64,000 nt of DNA from Emiliania huxleyi CCMP1516 (lineage: Eukaryota): NCBI RefSeq assembly GCF_000372725.1, contig NW_005201287.1:124001-188000 (forward strand), in the 5' to 3' direction. Below, piece by piece: positions 48,243-59,423 of this stretch. The position numbers and the translations under genes were made by a program. Each line of letters begins with the position of its first letter. Positions within the stretch are counted from its first letter, which is position 1. Under the pieces are notes generated by a model. The model did not search any database. It worked only from the letters and a program-made list of their open reading frames with translations, and was not told where the DNA came from.

Positions 48243-48859
48243 GAGGACATGCGTGCCGTGGTCGCAGAGGTCGCCGCCGAAGTACATCGTGCCGGCTGGG
48301 TCAGCTTGGAGCGGGTCCGCCGCGGTGCCGTCAGAGGGAAGGTCAGGGTGTGTGAGCAGGTAGCCAGAGTCGATGATGCAGAGCGGATGCGTCACCGCCG
48401 ACGGGAAGAAGGAGGCGTTCGGCACCGCTCCGTTGTACACACGCTCGATCCCCCATGGCGTTTCCTCGGCTAGCGGCTGCGTCTGCGTGGCGGAGCTCGG
48501 TCCTGGGTAGCGCCGCTGATCCTCCTCGACCCTTAGCCCCGAGCGCTCCGCCTGCTCCTTGAACAATCGCGCCTCGTTGGGGTCCGCGACTTCGACCACT
48601 GTGAAGGTGTTGTGGGCTGCTCGGATTGTCATAGCGACGTTTCCGCCCCGAGCAGCCGCCATCTGCGCCACCCGGTTTGAAGCTCGCGCGCCACTCGTGG
48701 TCGTCGCCACACTGGTCTCGCCGGTGACGACCAAACGAAGGGTTGTTCGTTCGCGCGCCGGCCTTTCGTGGACGTGGTACACGTAGGCGCCGCCGTGGCG
48801 GACGCAAGCAGGGCAAGAAAGAGGAGAAAGGAGAAAGGAGCAGCTCGGGAACTAGGCAT
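48243..48859 (-). pseudogene. Subtilisin-like (S8) protease N-terminal fragment, frameshifted and truncated
   Basis: Signal peptide, propeptide (LRVEEDQRRY), TPWGIERV, catalytic Asp IIDSG, catalytic His HGTHV, then a stop. Frameshift near 48785. Confidence 0.8.
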
Positions 48860-49166
48860 CTTGCTATTCTCGGCAGTTGCGCGCGGTGTGTTGGCGCAAA
48901 CGGTGTGTTGGCGCGCAGAAAGCGAACCCGCGTGAGCCGTGACACAATCGAGGGAAGAAACTCATGTGAGGCATAGGAGTCACGCGGGACAGGAAAGTAA
49001 AGGCGTCGGGTGCTCGCTTTCTGTGAACTCCTGCGAAAGAAGAATGGAGGCTTGAAAAAAATAGGAGAGAAATGTGTTCGTCATGGGACCAAAAGATATT
49101 ACCTACGTGAGTTTACAACTACCTGTTCGTGTGTAAAGAGTAAAGCCCGATGCACGACCACGCGTC

Positions 49167-50465
49167 TCATCCTCCCGCCGCCCTCGGCCCGATGACGTCA
49201 TCGAGAAGCTCGTAGAAGACGTCGAAACCACGGTGCGGGACGCCGGCCTGCCGCACGCGCCTGCCGAGCCGCGGGTCGAGCCGCACATTGAGCGTGTACA
49301 GCGCCGGCGCGAAGCCCTCTCGCCGCGCCTGCTGCAGGAGGGTGAGGTCGTCTTCGCGCGGCGCGCCGACGCCGCACGAGACGAGGAGCACGCGGCCGGC
49401 GGCGGGCGGCAAGCCGAGCGGGCTCGCGCCGTCAACGTCCAGCAAGTGCGGCTCGAGCTCGCCGAGCAGCGCCTGCAGCTCGCCGGCGCTCTGTGCTCTC
49501 AGCGCCACCGCCACTGGCTGCTGCGCCGCAGCCTGCCCCGCGGCTGACGACGCGGCGCCGCCGTCGGTGTCGTCGACGAGGCGGGCCGGCATGCTCCCCT
49601 CCGCCCTCCCCTTCCCCCCCCCCTGCTCCTCGCCGCCGAGCGGCTCGGCGGAGTCCAGCAGCTGCAGCACCGACGTGCGGTACTCGGCGAGCGAGCGAGC
49701 TTCCGGCCGAGGGACCTACTCCTCCCGCCCGTCGGTGGTCAACTGCTTGACGAGGCACTCGGCGTGCCTCCCGCACACGAACCACGCTGAGCAGCTCTCC
49801 CACCTCGAACGAGCCGCCCCCCCGCCGGTCGTCCCACGCCACGCTCGCCACCACCGGCTCGCCGCACGCCCCCTCCTCCACGGAACGGAGCCGCCCCTCG
49901 CCACGCCCGTCGGCCTGGCCGGCGTCTCGGCTTTTGCCCTCGCCGCAAGCAGCACCCTCCCCCCGCCCCGCCGCCGCCTGCCCCGCCGCCGCCTGCTCTG
50001 CGGCCGGCGGGGCGGCGGCGGCGGCGGCGAAAGCAGCGACGGGTGGTGCGGCCAAGCTGCGCACGCGGCCGGTGGAGCCGCCGACGACGAACCAATCGGA
50101 TCGGCGGAGAGTGCCTGCTCGCACCACGAGTAGGAGGCAAGTGCCGTGGTCTCTCCGCTGCATCACCTCGACGACCAGGGCAACGCACGAAGGCGGAGGG
50201 CCGAACGAGGCGGCGGAGGAGCCGGCAGGAGCGGTGAGCGACAGAGCGGCGGAGGCGGAGGAGGCGGTAGTGACAGCCGCCTCGGGCGCGGTCGCGTGCG
50301 GAAGCGGGCAGGCAGAACGCCCCCCTCTCCCCCCCTCCCGCACCAGCCGGGCGAGGAGCGGCTCCAGGCCCCAGCCTCGGGTGGCGCAGACCAGAGAGAC
50401 CGCGCCGCCGCCGCCGCTTGTGCTGTCACCACCACCACCACCACCACCACCACCACCACCACCAC

Positions 50466-50499
<34 letters not shown>

Positions 50500-51462
50500 C
50501 TCGCCGACGCGCCCGCCCGCCGCCGCCGCCTCCACCCCCGCCGCCTCCGCCTCGACGGCCCACGCCTGCTCAAGCCGCGCCGCCGCCGCCTGCACCCGCT
50601 CGCAGCCGCGCGCCTCGTCGAGTGCAGCCGCGGTGCCGTCCCGCGCGAGGTCGAGCTTGGTGAGGGCGAGCACGGTCGGGATGCCGAGCCGCGCGCAGTG
50701 GCGCATCGCCTCGCGTGTCTGCGGCTGGACGCCTGCAAGAGCACACGGCGGCGGTGGCGGTGCGCGCTTTGGACCCGGCGGGCCCACGGGTGAGCAGCGG
50801 GAGGAAGCGACGCCTTCGTCGAGCGAAGCGAGGACGAGCGCGACGTCTGCACATCCGGACGCTGCGGCGCGCATGCCGCCGAACGCCTCGTGGCCGGGAG
50901 TGTCGAGCAGCGCGAGCGACACGGAGGCTCCGCCATACACAGAGGCTCCGCCCGGCGCGTCACTAGAGGCGCCGCCGCAAACCGTGAGTGGAACGTCGAG
51001 GATCGAGGGGCGGACGGACTGCGTGATGGAGCCGGGCTCAAAGTCTGCGCTGCGTGTGCCCAGCAGCGCGTCTAGCAGCGTCGTCTTGCCGTGGTTGACA
51101 TGCGCCAGCACCGCGACGACGGCAGTGCTGCGGCCACCCGACTGAGCGCCTTCTGCAGCGGCCGCGGTAGCCGCGCTCGCAGCGTCCGCGTCCGGATCAG
51201 TCAACTGCCAAGTGGCGTTCCTCTCGGCGGCGAGGGCGCACGCTGCGGCTGCAGGAATGAGGCAGCCGCCGAGCGATCGAGCACAGTAGAGCCCGACGGG
51301 AAGGCCCAGCTGCTGCGCGTGCTCGGGCGCTACGCGAAGCTCGTACCTCTTGCGCCGTCGCGTCCAGCCGGCGGCACGCACGGCGGCTGCTGGGTCCATG
51401 CCGAGCGCGCGGGCGAGCTCACGAGGGGCGTTCAGCGGTCGCAGTCGGAGGCGTCCTGACAT
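49167..51462 (-). CDS. Divergent IF2-like translational GTPase (introns ~50815-50733 and ~49785-49716)
   Basis: VVAVLAHVNHGKTTLLDAL, EPGSITQ, LDTPGHEAFGGMR, EGVQPQTREA, LTKLD, GTLRRSDWFVVG, GVGAPREDD and VFYELLDDV follow the IF2 domain order. Confidence 0.75.
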
Positions 51463-52370
51463 GACGTTGGGGTCCTCCGCACTCTACACTCCGCACACAC
51501 TACAACTGTACTGTTGCTTTTGGAAAGAGCGAGCGACAGCGAGCCGCCCCCCCCTCGCAACCATCACCCAAACGTGCTTTTTGTTGGGCTCACACACACA
51601 TGATGAACAAAACACTCTACTGACTGACTGAAGCTCGGGACAAAAACATATTGAACAAAGACACACCAGGGCCGCACGGCGCGAGCGAGGGACTAAGGCG
51701 CACTGACACTAATGAACAAAGAAAAGGCACAAAGGGTGAGTGTGTGTGTGACAGAGCGAGCGGAGGGTGTTGCAGCACCCTCCGCTCGCGGAGAACGTTG
51801 CGGGCGCCGGTGATGGCCTGCTTGCGGCGCTCCGCCTCCTCTCGAACCGCCGGGCTCGCGGTCTCACGCCGCATTGCCGAGCGCACCTTCATGGCCCGGC
51901 GGAGCAGGGTCACCACGTGCGCGTCCAACTCCTCAACCGTTGCCGGCATCAGTGTGAGCTCGAGCGTGGCAAGCGCCTCGTCCCTCGCGGTGTTGCTCTC
52001 GCCCTCCGCTTCGGTCGCCTCAGTGCTCTGGCTCGAGGACGGGGTGTCGGTACCGACGGGCGCAACGTCAAGAGATGACATTGTCGGCTTGACAAAGAGC
52101 CCCAGCACCTCCTTCTTTGAGGTCATCTCGAGGTCCGGAAGGAACACCATGAAGTCCTTGGCGCGCGTCTTGGCCACGTACTCGACGCGCGCGCTCTGTG
52201 CCGGCGACGGCGACAAGAAGCGGAAGCGGCCGAAGCCCTCGGCCTCGCCGACTCCGACCCCGGGGCCGTGGTCGGCAGATCCGGCCAACGACGACTTTGA
52301 GACCGTGACCCTGTCGTGCACCATCACGCCGTTAGCGCAGTATGGAGGCATCCCTGTGACCGATGCTGCG

Positions 52371-52849
52371 CTGGGTTAAGGCTCCTAGCCGGATAGGGGG
52401 TCTGTCGTGTTGGACCTATGCAATAGGTAGGTAGGTCCGGTTTGGACCGCCCCAGAGGGCCCCGCAATAGGTAGGTGGTGGTGGTGGTGGTGGTGGGGGT
52501 GGGGGTGGGGGTGTGGGGGTGTGGGGGTAAAAACCCGAAGAGAGGAGAGCGAAAACCGCTTCGCTCGCGCGGGCGGGAGACGGCGCGTTTAGCCGCGAGC
52601 GGGGCCATGCCAGACGAGTCGCCTGCGGTTGGGACGCCAGCCGAGACGGGTGCGGCGGGCGCTGGGAGCCTATTCACAGAGAGAGGGCTCAACGGGTATT
52701 TTTCGCTTCGTTCGCTGCGCGGCCTGGGAATAGGTAGGTAGTGGGGCACGGAGCCTGGCGGTTGGCGCCCGCAATAGGTAGGTAGGTAGGGCGTTTTGGC
52801 GCGAGTCAGTGGGGACAGACCCCCTATCCGGCTAGGAGCCGGAACCCTG
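52371..52849. mobile_element. MITE-like element with ~35-bp TIRs
   Basis: GGGTTAAGGCTCCTAGCCGGATAGGGGGTCTGTC / GACAGACCCCCTATCCGGCTAGGAGCCGGAACCC; four internal AATAGGTAGGT motifs. Confidence 0.8.
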
Positions 52850-52875
52850 TTCTGTCGGTGTTCGACGAGGATATT

Positions 52876-53105
52876 TTTTGAGCTAGCCTTCGATGTTATT
52901 ATGAAACAAACGCAAGGCGGACATACGCACATCACTGCTCTCGGGCCCACAGACATCCCGCACACCCGCCGCCCCCGCGCGCGCCCCACCCCGGCCGGGA
53001 GAAAGGGGAGTGACCGATTGGGAAGGAAAGTCGAGTACCTCGCACTCCATGTGCGAGAACGCAGAGAGAAATGAAAGCCGTCCGGCCCCCAAGTCCGGCT
53101 CACGC
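52876..53105 (+). repeat. Dispersed repeat family A, copy 3 (uninterrupted)
   Basis: TTTTGAGCTAGCCTTCGATGTTATTATGAAACAAACGCAAGG... is contiguous here. Confidence 0.85.
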
Positions 53106-53194
53106 TCACACAATTCAAAACCACCTCACTTTCCCGCACAGAAAAGAAATCGCCGGGACGCCAAACGGTCTTCATATATATATGTGTATAGTAT

Positions 53195-55219
53195 ATGCCC
53201 GCTCCGCGCTCCCGCGCCTCCGCTGCGCTCCGCACGCCTCCGCCGCCTGCTGGCAGCGCGCCGGGTGGCGAAGTCCCGAAGAACGTCCTGAAGGCGGCTA
53301 CGGACGGCCGCGAGGGACCGGTGCGACAGTGGCTGAATGACGGCGGGAAGGCGGACACTCTCGCTGAGTTACCCTCTGAGGTCGGCGGCCGTCCGGTTCC
53401 AAGCACCCTGCTGATGCTCGCCGCACAGAACGGGCACGTGCAGATTGTCGAGCTCCTCCTGAAGCGTGGCGCACACATCAACCTGCAGAACAGTCTCGGC
53501 CTCACAGCGCTCAACGCTGCCGCCTACTACGGCCGCGAGCGAATGGTGGAGATGCTGCTGCAGCACGGTGCGGACATCGGGACGGCGTTGGCATCATCCG
53601 CCCAGGGCGGCCAAGAGCGGGTGGTCGACCTGCTGCTGCGGCGCGGCGCGGAGATCGACCTGCAAGACAAGAACGGTGACACCGCGCTGATCTTCGCCGC
53701 AGCGCACAACCGCCCCGCCGTCGTGCTCCGCCTTCTGCGGGCGGGCGCAGACATGACGTTGCGCGACGTGAACGGCTTTTCGGCGCTGCAGTGGGCCAAG
53801 GAGACGGGCCACGCCGAGTGCGTCCAGGCCTTCAGGACGTATCTCGGGGAGGTGGCGGCGAGCCGGAAAAAGGCGCCGTCGGCCGAGGCAGGCGGCGCAG
53901 GCGCGGCGGTGGGTGCGAGTGCCGCGGCCTCTGCTTTGAGCGGCGAGGGCGGCGCGGGGGCGGCGCTGAGCAGCAGCGGGGTGGTGCCAGAGGAGGTCGT
54001 GCTAGCGACTGAGCGAGGCGAGGAGGCGGCGCTGGCGTGGCTCGACGGCGGCGGGCCGGTCGACGCGATGTTTGAGTACGTCTTTTCGAACAGCACTGTG
54101 AGCGGCATGACGCTGCTTGTGGTCGCAATGGTGAACGGCCACGAGGGGCTGGCCGAGGCGCTGCTCCAGCGCGGCGCGGATGTCTCTTTGCATATCAGCA
54201 ACGGCGACACCGCGCTGAGTCTCGCCGCCGCGAATGGCTTCGAGAAGGTGGTCGAGTTGGCGTTGCGGCACGGCGCGGAGATCAACGAGCAAACTACTCT
54301 CGAAAGCACCGCCCTAATGGCCGCCGCCGCAAACGGCCACGAGAAAGTGGTCGACTCGCTGATCCGGCTCGGCGCGGCGATCGACCTGCAAGACATCGGC
54401 GGCGACACCGCACTGATTGGTGCCGCTTTCTATGGCCACCCCGCCGTCCTTCTCCGCTTGCTGCGGGCGGGCGCAGACGTGACGCTGTACAGTGCAGATG
54501 GCAAGACCGCGCTGCAGTTTGCCAAGGAGAAGGGCCACGCCGAGTGCGTGCGCGCCCTCAAGGAGCATGCGGCGGCCGAGAAGGCGGCGGAGAAGGCGGC
54601 GGCGGAGGCGGCGTGGGCCGCGGGAGCGGCGGAGAGGGCGGCGCAGAGGGCGGCGGAGGAGAAGGAGGCGGCGCGGCACGCCGAGGAGCTGCTGGCGGAG
54701 GTCGAGGCGGAGACGCGCGCCAAGGGCAAGAAGGGCAAGAAGAAGAAGAAGAAGAAGGGCGGCGGGGCGGGGCCGTCGCAAGAGCCCGAGGCGCCGTCGG
54801 AGGCAGACGCAGCCGAGGCGGCGAAGAAGGCCGAGGAGGCGAGGCTCCTCCTGCTTCTCGAGACGCTCACCGAGGAGAGGATCCGGTTCGGCATCACGCC
54901 GGAGACGTCGGTCGAGGGTTTGGCGGAGGCGCTGGGAGAGGCGGCAGAGGCGGCGGACGAGGCGAGCGAGGAGGAGACAGCGGAGGGGCAGTCTGCGGCG
55001 GCGCGCGAGGAGGCCGAGGCGGCCGAGGCCGCGCGTTGGAGTGCGGCGGCGGAGGCGGCGGAGGAGGCCGCGGCGGAGGAAGAGGCTGCGTTGGCGGCGG
55101 AGGAGGCGGCGATGGAGGCCGCAATCGCCGCCGCCAAGGCGAGGCGCGCGTCGGTGGCGACGGCGAGGGCCAAGGCAGCGGCAGCCAAGATGGCGGCGGA
55201 GGCGGCCCAGCGCTCATAG
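53195..55219 (+). CDS. Ankyrin-repeat protein (two ankyrin blocks plus an A/E-rich coiled-coil tail), intronless
   Basis: 674-aa ORF with about 10 ankyrin repeats; paralogous to 36410-37834. Confidence 0.85.
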   Translation: MPAPRSRASAALRTPPPPAGSAPGGEVPKNVLKAATDGREGPVRQWLNDGGKADTLAELPSEVGGRPVPSTLLMLAAQNGHVQIVELLLKRGAHINLQNSLGLTALNAAAYYGRERMVEMLLQHGADIGTALASSAQGGQERVVDLLLRRGAEIDLQDKNGDTALIFAAAHNRPAVVLRLLRAGADMTLRDVNGFSALQWAKETGHAECVQAFRTYLGEVAASRKKAPSAEAGGAGAAVGASAAASALSGEGGAGAALSSSGVVPEEVVLATERGEEAALAWLDGGGPVDAMFEYVFSNSTVSGMTLLVVAMVNGHEGLAEALLQRGADVSLHISNGDTALSLAAANGFEKVVELALRHGAEINEQTTLESTALMAAAANGHEKVVDSLIRLGAAIDLQDIGGDTALIGAAFYGHPAVLLRLLRAGADVTLYSADGKTALQFAKEKGHAECVRALKEHAAAEKAAEKAAAEAAWAAGAAERAAQRAAEEKEAARHAEELLAEVEAETRAKGKKGKKKKKKKGGGAGPSQEPEAPSEADAAEAAKKAEEARLLLLLETLTEERIRFGITPETSVEGLAEALGEAAEAADEASEEETAEGQSAAAREEAEAAEAARWSAAAEAAEEAAAEEEAALAAEEAAMEAAIAAAKARRASVATARAKAAAAKMAAEAAQRS

Positions 55220-57607
55220 AGAGCTGCTTGGGAGCACTGCACGCATGGTTCGAACATGGGGGCGCGTTTCGCAGTTTCGATTGGAGGCTTCCGCAGCCAA
55301 TCTCGTCAGCGCTGTGTGGAGCTCCGGGGCGGGAGCCTTTGGTCGGATTTGGTCGGATTTGGGCCACGGCGATGAGCAGGACCAGCTGCTGCCCAAGCGC
55401 AAGGTCGAGGGTGGGACGTGGTGGGGGTCGGGGCAGGGAGGAACGGGAAGCCGTGAGTACACGAGTCTCGGAAAGTCTTTCTGCCGCATTTGGCCTGTTT
55501 TTTTCTGCAAATAGTACAATGTAAACTCTCTCTCTCCCGCACACACACACATATACTCACTCTATATGTGTTAGATCTAATACTGACTCGCTCTCAGTCT
55601 CTGACTGAGTGACTGTATATCTGCAAATATAAGTATACGGTAAACTCTTCTCCCCCACACAATATACAGTACCGCTCTCAGCTCAAAAGAGTCAAGAGAG
55701 ATGAGAGTCAAGTCCCACAACTCTCGCTCTACTCTCTGGGGTTTTTGACGAGGTGAGCACTCAAGCCAAAACACACATACACAAGTCACAACACACCTCC
55801 GTGTACTGCTTTGCACATACCGACGACACGCTTTTTGCTCTTCTCTCACTTTGCTCACGTAAGCTCCTCGGGAAAGACGTGCACCGTCCCGCGGAGGCCG
55901 CGGCACGCATGCGCCGAGGCAGCCGGGCGCTCCGTGGGTTCCCCCATGACCTGACGCCGGAATGCCTGGATGCGATGCCAGGACGCATTCTCATAGGCGT
56001 GACGCTGGCCTCGGATGCGGGAGACCTCCTCGCTGAGCGCGTCCTCCACGTCATACTCGCGCCGCTCCAGCGCGCGCCACTCCCTCCAGCGCTTGGTAAA
56101 GGCCTTCTCGTCCCTCAGGCTGCTGAGCGCTGCCCTCGCCTGTTGGCGTGCGGCGGCGGCGCGAGACTTCGACGCGGCCCGCCGCTGCCGCAGCCATGCC
56201 TCCTCGCTCTCCCGGTACTGCTCGAGCCGCCGCTCCCCGCTGTTGTCCAGTTCACGGCGTTGGAACCCGTGATCTGTTGGTTGCATGTGCTTGACGAGCA
56301 CGGGACCGCAGCGAGGCTCCACCCCCACTGCGCCGTCCGCGTGCATAACCGCCATCAGAGCGCCGCCCCACAGCACCCTCTCCACCGGCTGGGGGCTGCC
56401 AGCCTCCCGGCAGCGGAGCCCGAGGCGGAGCGACCGAACCGGGCCAACCCATGGTGAGGGTGCTGGGATTGGCGCCGCCCCTTGCCGCATTGAAGCGGCC
56501 GCCGCGCGATCGCGCCGCTCGCGATCGGTCAGCCTTGTGAGGAAGGCGTGGGCCTCCAGCACGCTGCGCGGCATATGCAAGTTCGCACACACATGCAATG
56601 CCTGTGCAAATGCGTGACGTGAGAGCGTTGGCGAAACCGTCATATTCGCTGCTGACCTTCACATAAACCTTCGCCGACCGCGAAACCAGTGTGAACAGGC
56701 CAGCGCATAGCGCCAGAGGAGGTATTTTCTTCTCAATAACAAGGCTGTGAAGTAGGGCCCAAGGGGCGCCTGTTGATAGGTCCAGGTGATCGCCTTGGAT
56801 GAGCAATGCATACGCCTAGTTGGACCTCAGATCGCCCGACCGACCGTCCGTCCGTGTTCCGGTGCCCCGATTTTTTTCTTCGATTCTTTCCTCCCGCCCC
56901 CCCTGCCAAAGAGCCTCGCTGTCCGCCTCCCACTTCCTGGCCTGCCGCTCGAGGGCGCGCCTGCCGTCGTCCCGCTGGGCCTTTTGATACATGTGTGTGT
57001 CGGGCTGCTGCAGGTTCTCGGCAGTTGGCGTGGGAGATCAAAGAATTGGAGGGGCCAGTGATACGCACCCCTCACTCGAGCATGGGCCTAACCAGGGCTC
57101 ACATCCAGTACGTGGGCCGAGACATCCAACACAACGAGCCGGGATGCGGTGTGTGTGTGTGTGTGGGGGGGGGAGCTTCTGCGGCGTGACATGGCACATG
57201 CCGTGGAGAGGAGAAAGAACTGGCCTCATGGGCTCGGCAGCTTGTCAGCCTTCAGCCGAAGCTAACGTGAGAGAGTTTTAGCAATACGAACAAAACCAGT
57301 GGCACAAGCCTCGCAGAGGGCTCGGGCTCCGAGTGTCGTGAAGGTTCGTGCCACCTCCGGTGGCTCTACTGTTAGACCGCAGGCAGCGGGCTGGAGCGCG
57401 ATTTATTCATGAACATGAGCGCAGGCGAGATCTGTACGTTAACACAACAGGTTTCGTGGTTCGCGTAATGAACACACATCGACGTCGGAGGCAAAATGAA
57501 CATCACTCAAAGTTTCACGTGAGGGGGGGGGGCGACCACAGCGCAGCTGGCAAGCTAAAACAGTGCAGTCGGCGTGTTCGCCCTCGCAACCACGTCAGTT
57601 TGGCTGG

Positions 57608-59077
57608 CTAGTCCGCCCACGGCCACTGGCATTGCGGCCGCCGCAGCGGCCCACTGCGGCTCACCTCAATCATTGGCGGTGTCCAAGTCCGATCTGGGTA
57701 AATCTCCGCCGTCGGTAGGTAGAATCGCGCCGTCAGCGTGAGATTTGTACCATGCACGTCCTCCGGCACGTACAGCCAATTTTTGCCCTCTCCCGGGTCG
57801 CTTGCTTGGATGTAGATCACAGCATTACCATTTTTCTCGATGACAATGTCGTTCTGGAGGCTGCTAACGACAGCCGCTTGAGTCCCGTTTCGGGGATCCG
57901 CAACAAGGTACTGGTCCACGTACGTGGTGATGGACCAGAAGCCGCGCGCCGAATCGACGGGCGGTGGTGGCGAGAGGGTCAGGGTGTAGTTGCATCCCCC
58001 AAACAGAAACGGCTTGACAAAGTACACGGCATCCTCCGGAAGATTCGCTCCAAGGCCGACATCGGCAATCACAGCCCGGACCGGGTAATCCGTGCCGTAA
58101 GTTCCGACCGAGCCCGAGATGCCGAGCCAGCTCCTGGGCCTAGGGATAGGCCACCGCAAAAGGCGATACTCTTCAGTCCATTCGGTCAGATTGAGCGCTT
58201 GGCATTGTAGCAGTGTTCCAGCCTTCTCCGCCCCTGCCATGAGAGTAGCTTCAGAGCTCTCCTCCACGACTGGCCAAACGTCCGCCATGAATGGCGCGTC
58301 GTCTGCTGTCGGTTTGTTGTCCACCATGAGTTGAGTAGCATTACCGAAAAACTCAAGCGCGCTCATGGAGTTAACAATGTCCCGAGCAGAGAGCGAGCTG
58401 TCTGCGCTTGAGTCCCACGCAGGGTTGGGATCGTCACTTGACAGGCCACGCAGCTGGTACTGCAACTGCAACGCGTTAGTAGACACGAGGTCGCCGCCCT
58501 CAAGCGGCGCAGTCCTCCCCAGCAGCCACAGGTTCGTCGTGTTTGACACGATGGTGATGTTCATGTTGTCATCGGGGCACGGTGTGTAGTCGTCACTGAC
58601 GAGGTGCGGGGCAAGGCTGATGCAGACGACTTGCTCTTTGTACAACAATTCAGGGTTGCCGATCACGTTCGTCCAGAAGTCCATGATCTGGAAGAGGCCG
58701 TACCGGCTGCGATGGTCCGCCTTGGGGATGGTTAGCACGACAGGCTCTTGGCCGACGTCCAGAAAGGCCGAGGAGTAGAGAGTGTCGACGTTCGGGTTGA
58801 CGACGCCTCGGAAGTCGGGCGTGGGGAACTTGAGGACATGCGCGAACGTGTTGACGAACGTGTCTCGCGTAACATTGAGGTAGTTGTCTTGGACCATGCG
58901 GAGGGAGACGTCGAGAGTTGCGCCCATCAGCACGAGGGGCAGCGCAAACTCGTACGATCGAGCAACCTTGAGCTCATCGGACCCGGTCAGGTTGGCGACC
59001 GTCGGGCAGAATTCGAGACGGGTAGTGCGGTTGGCTGGCATCGGGAGGCCAACAGCCCCAGCGATGAGCGTCAGCAT
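57608..59077 (-). CDS. DUF1254/DUF1214 domain protein, intronless
   Basis: YEFALPLVLM, VVNPNVDTLYSSAFLDV..EPVVL, DFWTNVIG, LWLLGRT, YGTDYPVRA..A..GLGANLPEDAVY, PPV...GFWSITTY, NWL..P, RFYLP. Confidence 0.88.
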   Translation of the reverse strand: MLTLIAGAVGLPMPANRTTRLEFCPTVANLTGSDELKVARSYEFALPLVLMGATLDVSLRMVQDNYLNVTRDTFVNTFAHVLKFPTPDFRGVVNPNVDTLYSSAFLDVGQEPVVLTIPKADHRSRYGLFQIMDFWTNVIGNPELLYKEQVVCISLAPHLVSDDYTPCPDDNMNITIVSNTTNLWLLGRTAPLEGGDLVSTNALQLQYQLRGLSSDDPNPAWDSSADSSLSARDIVNSMSALEFFGNATQLMVDNKPTADDAPFMADVWPVVEESSEATLMAGAEKAGTLLQCQALNLTEWTEEYRLLRWPIPRPRSWLGISGSVGTYGTDYPVRAVIADVGLGANLPEDAVYFVKPFLFGGCNYTLTLSPPPPVDSARGFWSITTYVDQYLVADPRNGTQAAVVSSLQNDIVIEKNGNAVIYIQASDPGEGKNWLYVPEDVHGTNLTLTARFYLPTAEIYPDRTWTPPMIEVSRSGPLRRPQCQWPWAD

Positions 59078-59423
59078 TCTGGCTTGCGGAAGAGGACCAG
59101 CTCAAAAGTGAGAGCCGACGAGCAGCGTTCGGATCTCAGTTTGTTCAGGAGGGGACTTGAATAGATCTAAAACATCCCCTCTGCGGGCCTGATGCCGGGG
59201 TGAGAAGACACAGAAAACTATGAATCTGAGACCGATACGTCGCAGTTCTCTTGTTTCGGCGGTTAGTGGTCACGAACCGAACACCGTTCGCAGCCTCGTC
59301 GCAAACAGTCCACCCTCGCATCAGAGCTCACACGAAATCCGCTTTCTCTTTTACAAGGACGCCCGAGAAAAGTGGTCTCCGACAAAGTGGTCGCACTAAC
59401 TAGGAGCTGCAGACAACGATCCC

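Noticed and set aside
51617..52351. 244-aa minus-strand ORF (likewise 395-697, 31198-31923, 55855-56643)
   Set aside because: No recognisable motifs; probably repeat-derived fragments, so no product can be assigned.
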